Shown piece by piece: positions 61,416 to 64,000 of a stretch of 64,000 bases of DNA. Numbering within the stretch: the stretch's first letter is position 1; each line of letters begins with the position of its first letter. Made by a program: the position numbers and the translations under genes. The notes below the pieces were generated by a model. That model worked only from the letters and a program-made list of their open reading frames with translations. It had not been told where the DNA came from and did no database searches. Origin of the DNA: Candidatus Marinacidobacterales bacterium (GTDB taxonomy: Bacteria > Acidobacteriota > Vicinamibacteria > Marinacidobacterales > SMYC01). The stretch lies in assembly GCA_965224085.1 (NCBI GenBank), contig CBDCYI010000005.1, positions 2,144,001 through 2,208,000 on the forward strand, in the 5' to 3' direction.

Positions 61416-64000
61416 GTGAGCGAGAACGAGATCGATCTCGAGAAGACGTTCGACGGGCGACGAATTTTTCTACTCGGCGGCACCGGTTTTCTCGGAAAAG
61501 TGTGCCTGAGCATGCTTCTCGATCGCTTCGAGAACATCGGCCGCGTCTACATGATGGTGCGGGCGAGCACCGAGGAAGAGAGCGAGCTTCGTTTCTGGGA
61601 CACGGTGGTGGCGTCGCCAGCACTCGACCCGCTGAGGACGCGTCACGGGAAGAACCTCGAAAACGTCCTGCGCCAGAAAATCGTCGTCGTCGGCGGGGAC
61701 ATCACCCACGAGCATCTCGGCCTCGGCGCGGACCGCGCGCGAGAGATCGCCGAGGACATCGACGTGCTGCTCAACTCGTCGGGGCGCGTCACCTTCAATC
61801 CGCCGCTCGACGCCGCGCTCAAGACGAACGTCAACGGCACGCTGAACACCATCGCGTTCGCGAAACAGATGAAGCGTCCCGCGCTCTTGCACGTGAGCAC
61901 GTGTTTCGTCGCCGGCAACCGCTCGGGCGAAATCTGGGAGAACGAGCCGCTCATCGGCTACTTCCCGCGCCGAACCGAAGAAGAGTCCGAGTTCAGCGTC
62001 GACAAAGAGATCGACGATTGCGAGCGTCTCGCCGCCCGGGTCAAGGACGAGGCGCGCGACAAATCACTCGCCGATCGATTCCGGGAGAACGCCCGCAAGC
62101 GTTTCCTCGAGGAAGGCCGCGATCCGGGAGACGAGCGCGCGATGAATCTCGCCATTGCCCGGGAGCGCAAGAACTGGATCCGCTCGCGCCTTACCGACCT
62201 CGGTATCGCCAAGGCACAAGACTGGGGTTGGCCAAACATATACACCTATACGAAGAGCCTCGGCGAGCAGCTCGTCGCCGCCGAAGAGGGTATGGCCCGC
62301 GCCATCGTGCGGCCCGCGATCGTGGAGAGCGCTCTCAAGTTTCCTTTCCCGGGATGGAACGAAGGCTTCACGACCACGGCGCCGCTCGTGCGGATGGCCA
62401 TGCGCGGGCAGAATCTGTTTCCGGTGAACACGAACGTGATTCTCGACGTCATCCCTGTCGACATGGTCGCTTCGGCCGTCTTGGCCATCGCGGCGCAGAC
62501 GATGGTGGAAGAGCCCGCTCTCGTGTACCAAGTGTCCTCGGGCGACACCAACCCGTCTCGTCTCGGTCGTCTGGTCGATCTGCTGGGCCTTTTCAAGCGT
62601 CGGTACTTCAAAGAGAAGACCTCGGGCGGCCGGATCATGAATGACATCGCGGCGCGGATGGAAGCGCAAGCGGTCAAGCCGGACGGTTTTGAAAAATACT
62701 CGATGCCGCTTCTCCACAAAGCGACGAAGCAGCTGTCGAAAACGCTCGGCAAAGTCTCGGCGCGGCAAGTGGGGTCGCTCGCGCCTCTCTTCGAGCAAGC
62801 GAAAGACGCGGTGGAGCGTTTCGAGTCCTTCACCAAAGAAAGCGAGGAGCATTACCACACGTTCCGTCCCTTCATCGTCGACAACAACTACGTCTTTCGC
62901 ACCGACAACACACAGGCACTCTTCGGGCGCCTCGAGCAGGACGGCCGCAAGCTCGTTTTCGATCCTAAAGCGATTGACTGGTACGACTACTGGCTGAACG
63001 TTCATCTACCGGGCCTTCAGAAGTGGGTCTTCCCGCGCTTCGATGAGGATGAAAAACCCAAACCGAAACGGGTCTATACGTACAAGAACCTCATTGAGCT
63101 CTTCGACGCGTGCACGAGGAACCATCGAGGCCGCGTCGCGATGCGCATGGAGCGAAACGGCCGCGAAGAGCGCTATACGTACGGAGATTTCCGCGAATGC
63201 GCGTTGCGGGCCGCCGCTTTTCTCCAAGGCAAAGGCGTCAAAGACGGCGACCGCATAGCACTTTTGTCGGAGAACGAACCCGAGTGGGGCATGACCTATT
63301 TCGCCATCGTGCGCACGGGTGCCGCTGCTATACCCCTCGAAAAAGACGTCACGACCGAAGAGATCGTTCGCCTCATCGGCCACGGGGAAGCGCGCGCCAT
63401 CGCCATCAGCCCTGAGCACCTCGCGAGACATCCGAAGCTCGGGGACGCGCTCGATAAAGGGGTGGACCTTTGGACCTTCGACGAGATCTACGCGCTCACT
63501 CCGGAAGCCACCGAGCAAAAAAGAGTCGCGGGACTCCCCACAACGATGAGCGCGGGCTCCACGGCCTCCATTATCTTCACGTCGGGCACAACCGGACATC
63601 CGAAAGGCGTGATCCTCACGCACCGGAACTTCACGAGTCTCCTCGCGAAGCTTCTCTCCGTCTACGACCTCACCCATGAAGACGGCATGTTGAGCGTTCT
63701 GCCGCTCCATCACTCGTTCGAGTTCACGACGGGGTTTCTTCTGCCGCTCAGTCGTGGCGCGCAGATCACCTATTTGAGCGAAGTCACGGGTGAGAGCGTC
63801 AACCGCGAGCTTCGCCGCGGTCACGTGAGCTGCATCGTCGGCGTCCCCGCCCTATGGGACCTCTTGAAACGGCGCATCTTGAGCCGCTTCTCGGACAAGT
63901 CGGAACGCCTCGAAGAGATCGTGAGCGCCGCCATCGACGCGAACTATTTGCTGCGCGAAGAGACGCCGCTCAACCTAGGGCCCCTGCTGTTTTTGCCAAT
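61416..64000 (+). CDS. Multidomain fatty acyl reductase + adenylation enzyme (ElbD-like); partial, runs off the window
   Basis: Absent from the ORF track because it has no stop in the window; GTG 61416, IFLLGGTGFLGKV, HVSTCFVAG, WPNIYTYTKSLGE, then IIFTSGTTGHPKG and LPLHHSFEF. Confidence 0.85.
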   Translation, partial: MSENEIDLEKTFDGRRIFLLGGTGFLGKVCLSMLLDRFENIGRVYMMVRASTEEESELRFWDTVVASPALDPLRTRHGKNLENVLRQKIVVVGGDITHEHLGLGADRAREIAEDIDVLLNSSGRVTFNPPLDAALKTNVNGTLNTIAFAKQMKRPALLHVSTCFVAGNRSGEIWENEPLIGYFPRRTEEESEFSVDKEIDDCERLAARVKDEARDKSLADRFRENARKRFLEEGRDPGDERAMNLAIARERKNWIRSRLTDLGIAKAQDWGWPNIYTYTKSLGEQLVAAEEGMARAIVRPAIVESALKFPFPGWNEGFTTTAPLVRMAMRGQNLFPVNTNVILDVIPVDMVASAVLAIAAQTMVEEPALVYQVSSGDTNPSRLGRLVDLLGLFKRRYFKEKTSGGRIMNDIAARMEAQAVKPDGFEKYSMPLLHKATKQLSKTLGKVSARQVGSLAPLFEQAKDAVERFESFTKESEEHYHTFRPFIVDNNYVFRTDNTQALFGRLEQDGRKLVFDPKAIDWYDYWLNVHLPGLQKWVFPRFDEDEKPKPKRVYTYKNLIELFDACTRNHRGRVAMRMERNGREERYTYGDFRECALRAAAFLQGKGVKDGDRIALLSENEPEWGMTYFAIVRTGAAAIPLEKDVTTEEIVRLIGHGEARAIAISPEHLARHPKLGDALDKGVDLWTFDEIYALTPEATEQKRVAGLPTTMSAGSTASIIFTSGTTGHPKGVILTHRNFTSLLAKLLSVYDLTHEDGMLSVLPLHHSFEFTTGFLLPLSRGAQITYLSEVTGESVNRELRRGHVSCIVGVPALWDLLKRRILSRFSDKSERLEEIVSAAIDANYLLREETPLNLGPLLFLP

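Overview
High-GC bacterial chromosomal window, probably Acidobacteriota (inferred from ADOP-type permease remnants, bshA/bshB1, PSCyt-HXXSHH-ankyrin operons and the parAB-bactofilin-atpF'FHAGDC arrangement). The main signal is a three-tier nest of mobile elements at 4284-11231. An IS256-family element has the same group II intron inserted at the identical nucleotide of BOTH terminal inverted repeats, pointing outwards. The right-hand copy is itself interrupted, with no base gained or lost, inside RNA domain III by a second, distinct group II intron. For both introns an EBS1-like loop matches the observed insertion site. Next come two convergent paralogous operons of unknown function (diheme PSCyt/PSD protein, Tat-type HXXSHH/DUF1552 protein, secreted ankyrin protein). 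An eroded accessory region follows (about 25-46 kb) with many fragments, an IS5/IS903-group element and a lower-GC Mrr-N-like + DUF4041/GIY-YIG (PD-lambda-1/SNIPE-like) candidate defence pair. The window ends with an intact housekeeping block: parS, parA, parB, bactofilin, ATP synthase genes, dam, a YyaL-like gene, fabH and an elb-like ether-lipid cluster running off the end. All family assignments come from motif recognition by eye; no database searches were run.
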